From Candidatus Hydrogenedentota bacterium (GTDB lineage Bacteria > Hydrogenedentota > Hydrogenedentia > Hydrogenedentales > CAITNO01), in NCBI GenBank assembly GCA_019455225.1, contig JACFMU010000003.1, forward strand, positions 1,697 to 65,696: a DNA stretch of 64,000 nt, written 5' to 3'. The notes below the pieces were generated by a model, which saw nothing but the letters and a program-made list of their open reading frames with translations, did not search any database and was not told where the DNA came from. Position 1 is the stretch's first letter, and each line of letters opens with the position of its first letter. The translations under genes and the position numbers were made by a program. Positions 9,260-19,220 of the stretch are shown in pieces.

Positions 9260-10954
9260 CTACCGCGGTTCCAGCGGGTTTCCCTCCGCGTCCAGATTCC
9301 CCTCCGCCGCCACGCCGTGGTTGCCGCGCAGGACCACGGCGGCGCCCGCCTCAAGAAAGCGGTTGCCCGTGATGCGGGCGTTCTCGACCCCCTCCACCGC
9401 CACGCCGCCGTAAATGCGGCTGTTCTCTATGACGATGTCATGGATTGCGCGCGGCGGCGCCGCCTCATTCCCCTTGGGCTGGCCGGAGAATATCAGCGCC
9501 TTGTCCGGGTTGCCCCGGCCCCGCCGCAGGGTGCAGTCCGTGATGCGGACCCCGGAGGGGAAGGGCCCCTCCAGATGCTCGCAGTAAAACCACAGCAGCG
9601 CCGTCACGTCGCAGCCCTCCATCCGGACGGGTGACTGCATGCGGCAGCTCATGCCGATGACGCAGTTTTTCAGCAGCGTGTCGGGGTTGGCCTGCTCCGG
9701 ATCCCAGACCATGACGCCCTCCGCCAGTTCCGGCGCGGGCGCGTCCAGGGTCAGCGCAATCTCTCCCGGCGCGGCGGGCTTGTCCGAGATGACCCGCGGA
9801 GGCCCCTCCTCCACTTTCACGATGCGGCGCGTTGGGAAAAGCCGGCCCGTGTCCCGGTCCGCCGCCGCCAGCATGCCGCTCTCGCGCCAGGGGACATATC
9901 CCAGCGGAAAGGCCTGCGAGACCACAATCCAGTCCGGGGCCTCCACCCTGCGGACCGTGGACGCGTGGGTGGAGATGTTGAAGGCGTCGTCGTTCATGCC
10001 GAAGACCTCGCAGTCCTCCCAGCGCAGGGCGGCGCTGTTCCCCTTGACATGGAATCCGTCCCGCCACAGCGACATCCACCGCCCCGAACCGGGCCGGGGC
10101 CGGAGATGGACCCGCCGGAACGTGAGCGCGCCCCCGTTGCGCAGCAGTTCGAAACCGAACCACGGGGCGGACCACAGCTCCACGTCCTCGAACAGGGCGT
10201 CCGTGTTGTCTCGCACCTGGAAACACGCGCCGGGGCCGAACCGGTGGGCGATGCCCGGCACGGGGACACTGATCCGGGTTACCCCCGGCGTGATCTTTTC
10301 AAACCCGTGAAAACTGTCCCCGCAATGCACGCGGAGCGTCCCATCCCCGGTCTTTTCGATGTTTTCCGTCCAACAATGCTCGCTGACCGTTCCGTAAGGC
10401 CCGTCATGCCACAGCATCGAGAAGAAGGCCTGTTCCCCGTCCTCCCGCGTGGGGCCGCCGGAGGGCGCGTCCCCCTGCCCTGGACGGAGCTTCACCCCTA
10501 GAAAGCGCCCCGCCGCGTCCGCCTCCGTCACGGTGCCCTCCACAAAGGGGAGCGGGTCAAAATCCACCTTCAGGTTCCGCACCGTGGTCCCCCGCGATCC
10601 GGCCAGGCGCATAAACCGGAGATACGGGTTCAGCAGAAACAAGCACCCGCCGCCGTCCAGTTCAAGGCCGGCCACACCGTCCAGGGGGAACACATACCGC
10701 TCCGGCGAGGTCGTGACGCGGACGGTTCCGTTTTCCGGAAAAATCAGGGCAACCGGCCCCTTGACCCCCCGGGCCTCCGCCAGCAGCCGGGCAATGGCGG
10801 GGCCGTCGTCCGCCGCGCCGTCGGCGATGAGCCCGTAGTCCGCCGCCTTGAGCCGGAGCGCCGCCGCCCCGGCGGCGTTCTCCGTGAAAAGCGCCGCCAG
10901 CAGCAGAAACGGCATGGACGCGGACACTGTCCAGCCCGCCCGGTGACAGCCCAT
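9260..10954 (-). CDS. Secreted right-handed parallel beta-helix (pectin-lyase-fold) protein
   Basis: MGCHRAGWTVSASMPFLLLAALFTENAAGAAA is a signal peptide. Beta-helix repeats include NSRIYGGVAVEGVENARITGNRF. GGAGGA lies 9 nt upstream of the ATG at 10954. The track start 11041 is over-extended. Confidence 0.7.
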   Translation of the reverse strand: MGCHRAGWTVSASMPFLLLAALFTENAAGAAALRLKAADYGLIADGAADDGPAIARLLAEARGVKGPVALIFPENGTVRVTTSPERYVFPLDGVAGLELDGGGCLFLLNPYLRFMRLAGSRGTTVRNLKVDFDPLPFVEGTVTEADAAGRFLGVKLRPGQGDAPSGGPTREDGEQAFFSMLWHDGPYGTVSEHCWTENIEKTGDGTLRVHCGDSFHGFEKITPGVTRISVPVPGIAHRFGPGACFQVRDNTDALFEDVELWSAPWFGFELLRNGGALTFRRVHLRPRPGSGRWMSLWRDGFHVKGNSAALRWEDCEVFGMNDDAFNISTHASTVRRVEAPDWIVVSQAFPLGYVPWRESGMLAAADRDTGRLFPTRRIVKVEEGPPRVISDKPAAPGEIALTLDAPAPELAEGVMVWDPEQANPDTLLKNCVIGMSCRMQSPVRMEGCDVTALLWFYCEHLEGPFPSGVRITDCTLRRGRGNPDKALIFSGQPKGNEAAPPRAIHDIVIENSRIYGGVAVEGVENARITGNRFLEAGAAVVLRGNHGVAAEGNLDAEGNPLEPR

Positions 10955-11044
10955 GGGTTTGCTCCTCCATTCATGCGGTGGCCCGCGGCCATTGGGCACG
11001 AAGGGCGTGGCCGAATTCAACCCGGAGACCCGGTGTGACACGCT

Positions 11045-11196
11045 GGCCGGTTGGCGTGGATGTCTTATCTTGCTCCTACATCCTCAACCGAATCTGGCCT
11101 TCCGTACCCGCCACCCCTTCCCGGGCTGCCGGTGTGTGTGACCGGTCATGATTAGAGCAAGAGCAAGATAAAGAGCAAGATAAAAACGGGATGCGC
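11045..11196. repeat. MITE-like element copy A (TTGCTC/GAGCAA-armed family), short version
   Basis: The terminus ggccggttggcgtg and left arm remnant tcttatcttgctcc are present. The module caaccgaatctggccttccg...ctgccggtgtgtgtgaccggtc is about 85% identical to the one in copy D. The right arm reads gagcaagagcaagataaagagcaagataaaaacgggatg. Confidence 0.6.
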
Positions 11197-11330
11197 GTAT
11201 GCCCGGCTCCGCCCGCGCAAAGTGTGACAATACAGCGCCTATGGGGGTAGAATTGGAAAGCAGTCCGCCCCGGCCGGGGCGTCCCGGCGGATACCGGCGC
11301 GGCGGGCGCACACCACAAGGAGGCAGTGCG

Positions 11331-12413
11331 TTGAAACACAGGGCGCGCGCGGGCGGGGTTGCGTTGTTGCTGGTCTGTGCGCTTTTTTCGGGTTGTCCCC
11401 GGAAGAAGGCGCCGGATGCGGATTTTAGCGCGGACAAGACCACCGGCCCGGCTCCGCTGGCGGTCCAGTTCACGGACCTCACCGCGCCGGGCTCCTCGCC
11501 CGTCACCGAATGGCGGTGGCTTTTCGGCGACGGCGCGGAAAGCGCGGAGCAGAACCCCGCCCACACCTACGGCGCCGAGGGTGTTTACACCGTCTCGCTG
11601 GAGGCGACCAGCGCGGCCGGCGCCAACAAGGAGACCAAAACGGGTTACATCACGGTCACGGAGCCTGAGCCGGAACCCGGACAGGTGGAGACCGTGATGC
11701 TGCCGGGGGACGTGCCCCTGTTGATGGTGTGGGTGCCCGCAGGAATCTTTCAGATGGGCGCCGTTTCCGGCGAGCAGGGCGCGCAGTCGGACGAGTCGCC
11801 CCGGCACGAGGTCACGCTGACAAAGGGCTTCTGGATCGGCAAATACGAGATTACCAAGGCGCAGTGGGCCGCGGTCATGGACGGCGCGGCCCCGTGGGAG
11901 GGCCGGGGCAACATCAGCGACGACCCGGACAGTCCGGCGGTGTGGCTCACCTGGGAGGACTGCGCGGCGTTCACGGCGCGCCTGAGCGTCCTGACGGGGA
12001 AGGCGTACCGCCTTCCGGCCGAGGCGGAGTGGGAGCGCGCCGGCCGCGCCGAGACCAATTCCCGGTTTTATTGGGGGGACGACCTGGACAGGCTGTTCAT
12101 CGGCGAAAACGCCTGGTGGATTGAAAACACCTGGTCCGCCGGCGAGCGGTACGCCCACACGGTCGGGCTGAAAATCCCAAACACCTTCGGCCTGCACGAC
12201 ATGGCCGGAAACGTCTGGGAATGGTGCCAGAACTGGTACTACCCCTACACGGTGGACCCGGTGACGGACCCCCGCGGGCCGGCCACGGGGGATTCGCGGG
12301 TGATGCGGGGCGGCGGCTGGTTCAACAACGAGGCCGAGTGCCGCCTGGCGAACCGGACCTACAAAATCCCCCAGTACGCCAACTACGGCACGGGGTTCCG
12401 CGTCGCCCGGTGA
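11331..12413 (+). CDS. Lipoprotein with a PKD domain and a formylglycine-generating-enzyme (FGE/SUMF1)-like domain
   Basis: A TTG start with an aaggagg RBS gives LKHRARAGGVALLLVCALFSGC, a lipobox. A PKD-like segment is ADFSADKTTGPAPLAVQFTDLT...NPAHTYGAEGVYTVSLEATSAAG. FGE motifs are GKAYRLPAEAEWERAGRA, HDMAGNVWEWCQNWY and RVMRGGGWFNN. Confidence 0.75.
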   Translation: MKHRARAGGVALLLVCALFSGCPRKKAPDADFSADKTTGPAPLAVQFTDLTAPGSSPVTEWRWLFGDGAESAEQNPAHTYGAEGVYTVSLEATSAAGANKETKTGYITVTEPEPEPGQVETVMLPGDVPLLMVWVPAGIFQMGAVSGEQGAQSDESPRHEVTLTKGFWIGKYEITKAQWAAVMDGAAPWEGRGNISDDPDSPAVWLTWEDCAAFTARLSVLTGKAYRLPAEAEWERAGRAETNSRFYWGDDLDRLFIGENAWWIENTWSAGERYAHTVGLKIPNTFGLHDMAGNVWEWCQNWYYPYTVDPVTDPRGPATGDSRVMRGGGWFNNEAECRLANRTYKIPQYANYGTGFRVAR

Positions 12414-12459
12414 GGCGGTCCGGAAACCCGCCCCATTCGTTGCGCAATCCGGAAAAAAC

Positions 12460-12488
12460 TTGACACCCGCACCGCCCAACGGGTAACA
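12460..12488 (+). promoter_or_regulatory. Sigma70-type promoter for rpsD (TTGACA-N17-GTAACA)
   Basis: aaaaaacTTGACAcccgcaccgcccaacggGTAACAt lies 150 nt upstream of rpsD. Confidence 0.5.
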
Positions 12489-12634
12489 TACCGCCCCTGT
12501 CACGGACGAAGTGTGCGTGTGTGTCTTCATGGGCGCGTCCGCGCCCTCCCCGGCACAAAACATGCAGGGTCTGTGCGGCTGAAGGCAAACGGCGCGGCGG
12601 TACCGCCCGCCAGAAGAAGGAACGAGAGCACTCT

Positions 12635-13246
12635 ATGGCCAGATATCTGGGACCGAAGCACAAGTTGAGCCGCAGAATTGGCAAATGCGTCTGGGGCAAG
12701 CCGGACAGCCCCGCCTCGAAACGCCCGTATCCGTCGGGCCAGCACGGGGCGAACCTGCGCCGCAAGATGTCGGTGTACGGCACCCAGTTGCTGGAGAAGC
12801 AGAAAATCCGCATGCACTACGGCGCCATCATGGAAAAGCAGATGCGCCGCATCTTCGACAAGGCCCGGCGCATGGGCGGCAACACGGGCACCAACCTGAT
12901 GATGCTGCTCGAGTCCCGCCTGGACTGCGTCGTGTGGCGCCTGGGCTTCGCCCCCACGATTTTCGCGGCGCGCCAGCTTGTCAACCACTGCCATGTGATC
13001 GTGGACGGCGAAAAGGTCAACATCCCCTCCTTCCAGGTGAAGCCGGGCATGGTGGTCGCCATCCGCGAGAAGAGCCGCAAGATTCCCATGGTCGCCGAGG
13101 GCGCCGAGCATCCGCCCGTTCAGATTCCCGAGTATCTTGAGCGCGCCCCGAAGGCGTTCGAGGGCAAAATGACGGCCACGCCGAACGCGGCGACGATTCT
13201 GTTCCAGGCGGACACCAACAGCATTATCGGTTTCTACTCCCGGTAA
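12635..13246 (+). CDS. rpsD: 30S ribosomal protein S4
   Basis: MARYLGPKHKLSRRIGKCVWGKPDSPASKRPYPSGQHG...IVDGEKVNIPSFQVKPG is a full-length S4. Confidence 0.95.
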   Translation: MARYLGPKHKLSRRIGKCVWGKPDSPASKRPYPSGQHGANLRRKMSVYGTQLLEKQKIRMHYGAIMEKQMRRIFDKARRMGGNTGTNLMMLLESRLDCVVWRLGFAPTIFAARQLVNHCHVIVDGEKVNIPSFQVKPGMVVAIREKSRKIPMVAEGAEHPPVQIPEYLERAPKAFEGKMTATPNAATILFQADTNSIIGFYSR

Positions 13247-13269
13247 TGCCCCCGCACAAGTTTGTTCTC

Positions 13270-13309
13270 CTGGCGGACCGTTCTTTCGGCGGTCCGCCAG
13301 TGTTGTGTT
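13270..13309 (+). terminator. Rho-independent terminator after rpsD
   Basis: ctggcggaccg-ttctttc-ggcggtccgccag is a perfect 11-bp stem followed by tgttgtgtt. Confidence 0.65.
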
Positions 13310-13360
13310 ACAGCGCGTTCAGAGACCGCCGCGGCGCGCGGCGGAGGATCGGGGACGAAT

Positions 13361-14641
13361 ATGAGCATTGACATCGTGGTCGGCGCCAATTGGGGCGACG
13401 AGGGCAAGGGCCGCATGGTGGACTACCTGGCCCAGACGGCGGATTTCGTGGTGCGGTACCAGGGCGGGAACAACGCCGGGCACACCGTGGTGAACGAGTT
13501 CGGCGAGTTCAAACTGCACCTGCTTCCCTCGGGCGTCTTCAACCCGAAGGTGATGAACATCCTCGGACCGGGCATGGTCATTGACCTGCAGGGTCTGGCC
13601 GACGAGATTGACGCGCTGAAGGCGCGGGGCATCACGCCGAACCTGCGCGTGTCCGACCGGGCCACCATCTGCTTCCCGTTCCACCGGATGGAGGACGGCT
13701 GGGAGGAGGAGCGCCTGGGCAAGAACGCCTACGGCTCCACCCGGCGCGGCATCGCCCCGGCCTACGGCGACCGCACGCTGAAGAAGGCGCTCCAGATGGG
13801 GGACCTGCTGTTCCCGGCGCGGCTGCGCGCCCGGCTGGAGCAGGTCTGCGAGTGGAAACTCCAGAAGGCGGAGCTTTTCTACGGGCAGAAGGACACCTTC
13901 ACCTACGAGGGCATGCTTGAGTGGGCCGAAACCCACGGAAACCGCCTGCGCGGCCTCATCTGCGACACCACGGTGCTGCTGGACGAGGGCGCGCGCGCCG
14001 GGAAGAACATCCTTTTCGAGGCGCAGTTGGGCACCCTGCGCGACCTGAACTTCGGCATCTACCCCTTCACCACGTCGTCCTGCACGCTGGCGTCCTACGC
14101 GCCCATCGGCGGCGGGCTCTTCGGGCACTCCCTTGACCGGGTGGTGGCCGTGGTGAAGGCGTTCTCGACCTGCGTGGGCGAGGGTCCCTTTGTGACGCTG
14201 ATGGACAAGGCGGAGGCGGACCCGCTCCGCGAGTCGGCCAAGGAATACGGCGCGGCCACGGGCCGGCCCCGGACCATCGGCCACTTTGACGCCCTGGCCA
14301 CCCGCTACGGGGTCCAGGTGCAGGGCGCGACCGAGGTGGCCCTGACCAAGCTGGACAGCCTCAGCGGGCAGAAACGCCTCAAAATCTGCACCCACTACGA
14401 GCACGACGGAAAGCGTTACGACCGGTTTCCCCTCAACGCCGTCCTTGAGGAGGCCACCCCGGCCTACATCGAGATGCCCGGCTGGGGCGAGGACATCACC
14501 GGCGCGCGCCGCTTTGAGGACCTGCCGGAGACGGCGCGGGCCTATGTGCTGAAGATCGAGGAGCTCATCGGCTGCCGGGTCCGGTACGTGTCGGTGGGTC
14601 CCGAGCGCGACGCCCTCATGGACCGGGGCACCGGCTGCTGA
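13361..14641 (+). CDS. purA: Adenylosuccinate synthetase
   Basis: MSIDIVVGANWGDEGKGRMVDYLAQTADFVVRYQGGNNAGHTV is the canonical PurA N-terminus. Confidence 0.95.
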   Translation: MSIDIVVGANWGDEGKGRMVDYLAQTADFVVRYQGGNNAGHTVVNEFGEFKLHLLPSGVFNPKVMNILGPGMVIDLQGLADEIDALKARGITPNLRVSDRATICFPFHRMEDGWEEERLGKNAYGSTRRGIAPAYGDRTLKKALQMGDLLFPARLRARLEQVCEWKLQKAELFYGQKDTFTYEGMLEWAETHGNRLRGLICDTTVLLDEGARAGKNILFEAQLGTLRDLNFGIYPFTTSSCTLASYAPIGGGLFGHSLDRVVAVVKAFSTCVGEGPFVTLMDKAEADPLRESAKEYGAATGRPRTIGHFDALATRYGVQVQGATEVALTKLDSLSGQKRLKICTHYEHDGKRYDRFPLNAVLEEATPAYIEMPGWGEDITGARRFEDLPETARAYVLKIEELIGCRVRYVSVGPERDALMDRGTGC

Positions 14642-14666
14642 GAAGGTCCGCGGCGCCGAAGCGGCC

Positions 14667-17600
14667 ATGGGCATGCAGTTTCCCAAAATCTCCCTGACGG
14701 ACGGAATCCTCGCGGCGTTGCGCGGCGGGGGGCGTCATGCCGCCGTGGCCGGGGCGTGGGGTTCGGCAAAGAGCCTGCTCGCGGTGGAGACGGCCCGCGG
14801 CCTCAAGGCCCCCCTCCTGATCGTGGCCCCGGGCCGGGTTGAGGCCGAGGCCGTCCATGACGACCTGGTCACCTTCTCCGGCGAGGAGCGCTGCGCGCTC
14901 TTCCCCGCCTGGGAGGTGCTTCCCACCGACTCCATGAACCCCGCCGACGACATCGTCGCGGAGCGCATGAACACGCTCAAGCGTATTCTGGCGGCTTTTG
15001 ACGCGGGCGACCCGCTCCAGGTGGTCTGCCCCGTCCGATCAATTCTCCAGTATGTCGTCGAGCCCCGCCGCCTGCGCGAGGACACGGTCACCCTGCGCGT
15101 CCGCACGGAGTGCGACCTGGACGCCCTCCTCGAAAAACTGGTGAAAATGGGCTACACCCGCGAGGTGATGGTGGAGCAGCGCGGCGAGATCAGCCTGCGC
15201 GGCGGCATCCTGGACGTGTTTCCCATCTCCAGCGAGCTGCCCTTCCGCGTCGAGTTCTTCGGCGACGAGATAGACTCCATCCGCCGCTTCGAGCCGGAAA
15301 CCCAGCGCAGCATCGGCCAGGAGGACGAGGTGCAGATTCTGCCCCGCTCCGAAAAGGCCATGCTCGCCGCCAGCGCGCGCGCGAACAGCAAACTCACCCC
15401 GCTCACGGACTACTTCCCCAAAAACACCGTGGTCTTTGTGGACGAGCCGCCGGCCGTCGAGGAGACGGCGCGGACGGTCTGCGAACAGGCCGGGAGCAGC
15501 CCCTACTACATGGACTGGCCCCAGGCGCGCCACCGGCTGGAGGCCTTTGCCCTGGTGGACGCGGCCCAGTCGGCCTTCGACCCGGTGACCGGGGAAAAGC
15601 CCCTGCGGATGACCACCCTGGCCGTGGCCAATTTCGGCGGGCGCAACGACGAGTTCTGGGCCCAGCTCCGCCAGTGGGAGGCGGAGCAGTACACGGTGCA
15701 GCTCCTCTGCGTGAACACCGGCGAGCGGCGGCGCCTGCTGGAACTCCTCGAGGAGCAGGGATACCTTCCGGGCCGCGACGCCTTCGACCTGCGCGTCGGC
15801 ATCGGCCGGCTCCGCGCCGGGTTTGTCTCCCCCGCCGACAAACTTGTCGTCCTCAGCGAGGGGGAGATTTTCGGCAGGCACTATGTCCGGCGCAAGCGCC
15901 GCCGTTTCGAGGCGGGCACGGGGATCACCCAGTTCGGCGACCTGAAAAGCGGCGACTATGTGGTCCACGAAATCCACGGCATAGGCCGGTACCTCGGCCT
16001 GCGCCGCTTCGAGGGCAAGGCCGGGGATTTCATGGCCCTGCAGTATGCGGGCGGGGACACCATCTATGTGCCGGTCACGCACATAGACCAGCTCCAGAAA
16101 TACCTCGGCGGCGACGGCGCCGTGCCGAAGATGGACAAGATTGGCGGCGCGAGCTGGGCGCGCACCCGCGCCAAAGTCAAAAAAGCCGTGCGCGACCTCA
16201 CCGCCGACCTGGTGAAACTCTACGCCGCGCGCGAGACCGCCCGCGGCCACGCCTTCAGCCCGGACACCCCCTGGCAGCGCGAGTTCGAGGACGCCTTCGA
16301 GTACGAGGAGACGCCGGACCAGGCGCGGGCCATCGCCGAGGTGAAGCGCGACATGGAGTCCCCCCGGCCCATGGACCGCCTGCTCTGCGGCGACGTGGGC
16401 TACGGCAAGACCGAGGTGGCCCTGCGGGCCGCGTTCAAGTCCGTCATGGACGGGAAGCAGGTGGTCCTGCTCGCGCCGACCACCGTGCTGGCGCAGCAGC
16501 ATTTCAACACCTTCCGCGAGCGCCTGGCGGACTATCCCGTCCGGCTCGACCTGCTCAACCGCTTCCGCACGCCCCGGCAGCAGAAGGAGACCATCAGCCG
16601 CCTGAAGGCGGGCGAGGTGGACATTGTCATCGGCACGCACCGCCTGCTCTCGAAGGATGTCGGCTTCAAGGACCTCGGCCTGGTCGTCATAGACGAGGAG
16701 CAGCGCTTCGGCGTCGCCCACAAGGAGCGGTTGAAGCAGATGCGCAACCATGTGGACGTGCTGACCATGTCCGCAACGCCCATCCCGCGCACCCTGCACA
16801 TGTCCCTCATCGGCGTGCGCGACATGAGCGTCATCAACACGGCGCCCAACGACCGCCTGCCCATCCATACCTGCATCGAGGCGTGGGACCAGAACCTGCT
16901 CCGCGAGGCCGTCGAGCGCGAGCTGGGCCGCCAGGGCCAGGTCTTCTTCCTGCACAACCGGGTGCAGACCATCGAAAAGGTGGCGACGTTTCTTCAAAAA
17001 ATGGTGCCCCGCGCCCGCATCGGCATCGGCCACGGCCAGATGGAGAAGCACGAGCTCGAGGATGTGATGGCGGCCTTCATCAACCGCGCGCTGGACATCC
17101 TCGTGTGCACCACCATCATCGGCTCGGGGATTGACATCCCGAACGCCAACACCATCATCGTGGACCGGGCCGACCACTTCGGCCTGAGCCAGCTCTACCA
17201 GATTCGCGGGCGCGTGGGCCGCTACAAGCACCGCGCCTTCGCCTATCTCCTCGTGCCGGGGGACCGCGCCCTCTCCGAGGACGCGCAGCAGCGGCTCAAG
17301 GCGCTCGAGGACTTCTCCTCCCTCGGCGCGGGGTTCCGCATCGCCATGCGCGACCTGGAAATCCGGGGCGCGGGCGACCTCCTCGGCGCCGAGCAGAGCG
17401 GCCAGATTGCCTCCGTCGGCTACGAGACCTACCGCGAGCTCATCGCCGAGGCCGTGGCCGAGGCCCAGGGAAAGCCCCTGCGCCGCCGCCAGCTCCCCCC
17501 CTTCGACGCGCCCGTGGACGCCTTCATCCCCGACGAATACATTCCCACGGCGCAGCAGAAGATGACCATGTACCGGCGCATGGCCGCCGTGGGCTCCCCC

Positions 17601-17948
17601 GAGGAGGTCACGGAACTGCGCGCCGAGCTCAAGGACCGCTTCGGCGCGCCGCCCAGGCCCGTGGACCGGCTCCTGCGGGTCATGGAGGTCCGCACGCTGG
17701 CCTTGGAGGCGGACGCGCGCGCCCTCGCCGCCGGGCGCGGAACCTTCACCGTGGTTTATGACCGGATCGGCGCCTTGAGCCCCGCCCTGCAGACCCGCCT
17801 GGAGCGCCTCTTCGGACGAGACATCCGCTTCGACCTGCAAAATCAGCCCGCCGTGGTCTTCTCCTTCCCCGCCGGGGCCGACCTGCTGGAGGAATGCCTC
17901 CGCGCCATAAAAATCCTGGCGCAGGAACGGCAGCGTCTGGACGAGTAG
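14667..17948 (+). CDS. mfd: Transcription-repair coupling factor Mfd
   Basis: The 1093-aa protein has a UvrB-like N-terminus, an RNAP-interacting domain, and DEAD-box helicase motifs (LLCGDVGYGKTEVALRAAF, VIDEEQRFGV, a TRG motif region). Confidence 0.95.
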   Translation: MGMQFPKISLTDGILAALRGGGRHAAVAGAWGSAKSLLAVETARGLKAPLLIVAPGRVEAEAVHDDLVTFSGEERCALFPAWEVLPTDSMNPADDIVAERMNTLKRILAAFDAGDPLQVVCPVRSILQYVVEPRRLREDTVTLRVRTECDLDALLEKLVKMGYTREVMVEQRGEISLRGGILDVFPISSELPFRVEFFGDEIDSIRRFEPETQRSIGQEDEVQILPRSEKAMLAASARANSKLTPLTDYFPKNTVVFVDEPPAVEETARTVCEQAGSSPYYMDWPQARHRLEAFALVDAAQSAFDPVTGEKPLRMTTLAVANFGGRNDEFWAQLRQWEAEQYTVQLLCVNTGERRRLLELLEEQGYLPGRDAFDLRVGIGRLRAGFVSPADKLVVLSEGEIFGRHYVRRKRRRFEAGTGITQFGDLKSGDYVVHEIHGIGRYLGLRRFEGKAGDFMALQYAGGDTIYVPVTHIDQLQKYLGGDGAVPKMDKIGGASWARTRAKVKKAVRDLTADLVKLYAARETARGHAFSPDTPWQREFEDAFEYEETPDQARAIAEVKRDMESPRPMDRLLCGDVGYGKTEVALRAAFKSVMDGKQVVLLAPTTVLAQQHFNTFRERLADYPVRLDLLNRFRTPRQQKETISRLKAGEVDIVIGTHRLLSKDVGFKDLGLVVIDEEQRFGVAHKERLKQMRNHVDVLTMSATPIPRTLHMSLIGVRDMSVINTAPNDRLPIHTCIEAWDQNLLREAVERELGRQGQVFFLHNRVQTIEKVATFLQKMVPRARIGIGHGQMEKHELEDVMAAFINRALDILVCTTIIGSGIDIPNANTIIVDRADHFGLSQLYQIRGRVGRYKHRAFAYLLVPGDRALSEDAQQRLKALEDFSSLGAGFRIAMRDLEIRGAGDLLGAEQSGQIASVGYETYRELIAEAVAEAQGKPLRRRQLPPFDAPVDAFIPDEYIPTAQQKMTMYRRMAAVGSPEEVTELRAELKDRFGAPPRPVDRLLRVMEVRTLALEADARALAAGRGTFTVVYDRIGALSPALQTRLERLFGRDIRFDLQNQPAVVFSFPAGADLLEECLRAIKILAQERQRLDE

Positions 17949-18259
17949 GACACGGAAGGGGGGGCAGTACGCATTGTGTCCGCGGCGACTGTTTCATTTA
18001 AGAGCAGCCGCTTTCTTTTTGGACACCCTGGACTGGCCCGCCAGCATTCACCACCCGTCAACCCGCCAGAGACCATGTCCATAACCTATTGCACCGCAAT
18101 GCAATGCGTGTGCTTTTGAGTTGTGGCGGAAAAATGGCACGGCCCATGCTCATTGAAAAGTGTCCCCAACGGACGACTAGTTCGGAAGACGACAGCAACA
18201 GTTAAAAAAATGAGCACAATGGACCCGTGAGGGCCGCAACGAAGAAGGAGGCACATACC

Positions 18260-18724
18260 ATGGCAACGCTTTATTGGGACCCCGTTCAGGGACTGGAGGC
18301 GGTGCGCCGGGAAATGGAGCGGGTGTTTGACCAGGCCGACCCCGTGCGCCGCATGGTTAACCGGTTCACCGGACAGCCGGGCATCGCGGGCCGCGCCTAT
18401 CCGCTTCTGAACGTGAGCGAGGACAAGGACAACATCCATGTCGAGGCGCTGGCCTCCGGTTTGGACCCGGACTCCATCGAGGTGTCGGTGCTGCGCGACC
18501 AGTTGCGCATCAGCGGCGTGAAGAGCGCCATCACCCCGGACATCAAGCCCGAGGCCTACCACCGCAGCGAACGCGGCGCCGGGCGCTTCATGCGCATGCT
18601 GTCCCTGCCGGTCGAGGTGGACGGCGACAAGGTGACCGCCGAGTACAAGAACGGCCTGCTGCTGCTGACGCTCCCCAAGCACGAGGCGGCCAAGCCCAAG
18701 AAAATCTCCGTGAGCGTACAGTGA
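18260..18724 (+). CDS. Hsp20/alpha-crystallin family small heat-shock protein
   Basis: MATLYWDPVQGLEAVRREMERVFDQ...AEYKNGLLLLTLPKHEAAKPKKISV matches the family. An aaggagg RBS lies 8 nt upstream. Confidence 0.85.
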   Translation: MATLYWDPVQGLEAVRREMERVFDQADPVRRMVNRFTGQPGIAGRAYPLLNVSEDKDNIHVEALASGLDPDSIEVSVLRDQLRISGVKSAITPDIKPEAYHRSERGAGRFMRMLSLPVEVDGDKVTAEYKNGLLLLTLPKHEAAKPKKISVSVQ

Positions 18725-18780
18725 CGGACCGAAAGGCCCGCGGCAAACCCAACAACAACCCCCGAGAGGAGGATGAGACC

Positions 18781-19170
18781 ATGAAAGAGAACACCATTCC
18801 GGCCAACACGGAGCAGAAGGTTCCGGACACCCGTGAGGAGTCGCGCACGATGGTTCCCCCCGTGGACATCTTCGAGACGGAAAACGGCCTGGTAGTGGTC
18901 GCGGACCTGCCCGGCGTGGAGCAGGGCCAGGTCGAGGTGGATGTGGACAAGAATGTCCTGACCCTGAAGGCCAAGCCCGCGCAGAAACTCACCGAGGGGC
19001 TCAGCCTCAACGAGTTCCGCCTGCTCCCCTACTTCCGCCAGTTCCAGCTCAGCGACACGGTGGACCAGGAGAACATCCGCGCCGAGATGAAGTACGGCGT
19101 GCTGACCATCCACCTGCCCAAGGTGGCGGAAAAGCAGCCCCGCAAAATCGCCGTGACGGTCACCGGCTGA
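18781..19170 (+). CDS. Hsp20/alpha-crystallin family small heat-shock protein (second copy)
   Basis: VDIFETENGLVVVADLPGVEQGQVEVDVDKNVLTLKAK...AEMKYGVLTIHLPKVAEKQPRKIAV matches the family. A gaggagga RBS is present. Confidence 0.85.
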   Translation: MKENTIPANTEQKVPDTREESRTMVPPVDIFETENGLVVVADLPGVEQGQVEVDVDKNVLTLKAKPAQKLTEGLSLNEFRLLPYFRQFQLSDTVDQENIRAEMKYGVLTIHLPKVAEKQPRKIAVTVTG

Positions 19171-19220
19171 CCCTCCACAGGGCGTCCAAGCCCTGACAAC
19201 ATACCCATCTCTGCCTCACT

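Noticed and set aside
11076-12563. 495-aa minus-strand ORF opposite the PKD-FGE gene
   Set aside because: It is antisense to a gene with clear FGE motifs. Its 3' part reads through the MITE ('SCSLSCSCSNHD').
15039-17840. 933-aa minus-strand ORF and a 674-aa plus-strand alternative-frame ORF inside mfd
   Set aside because: Both overlap the unambiguous Mfd reading frame. Their translations are Gly/Arg/Ala/Pro-rich with no motifs. They are GC-driven artefacts.
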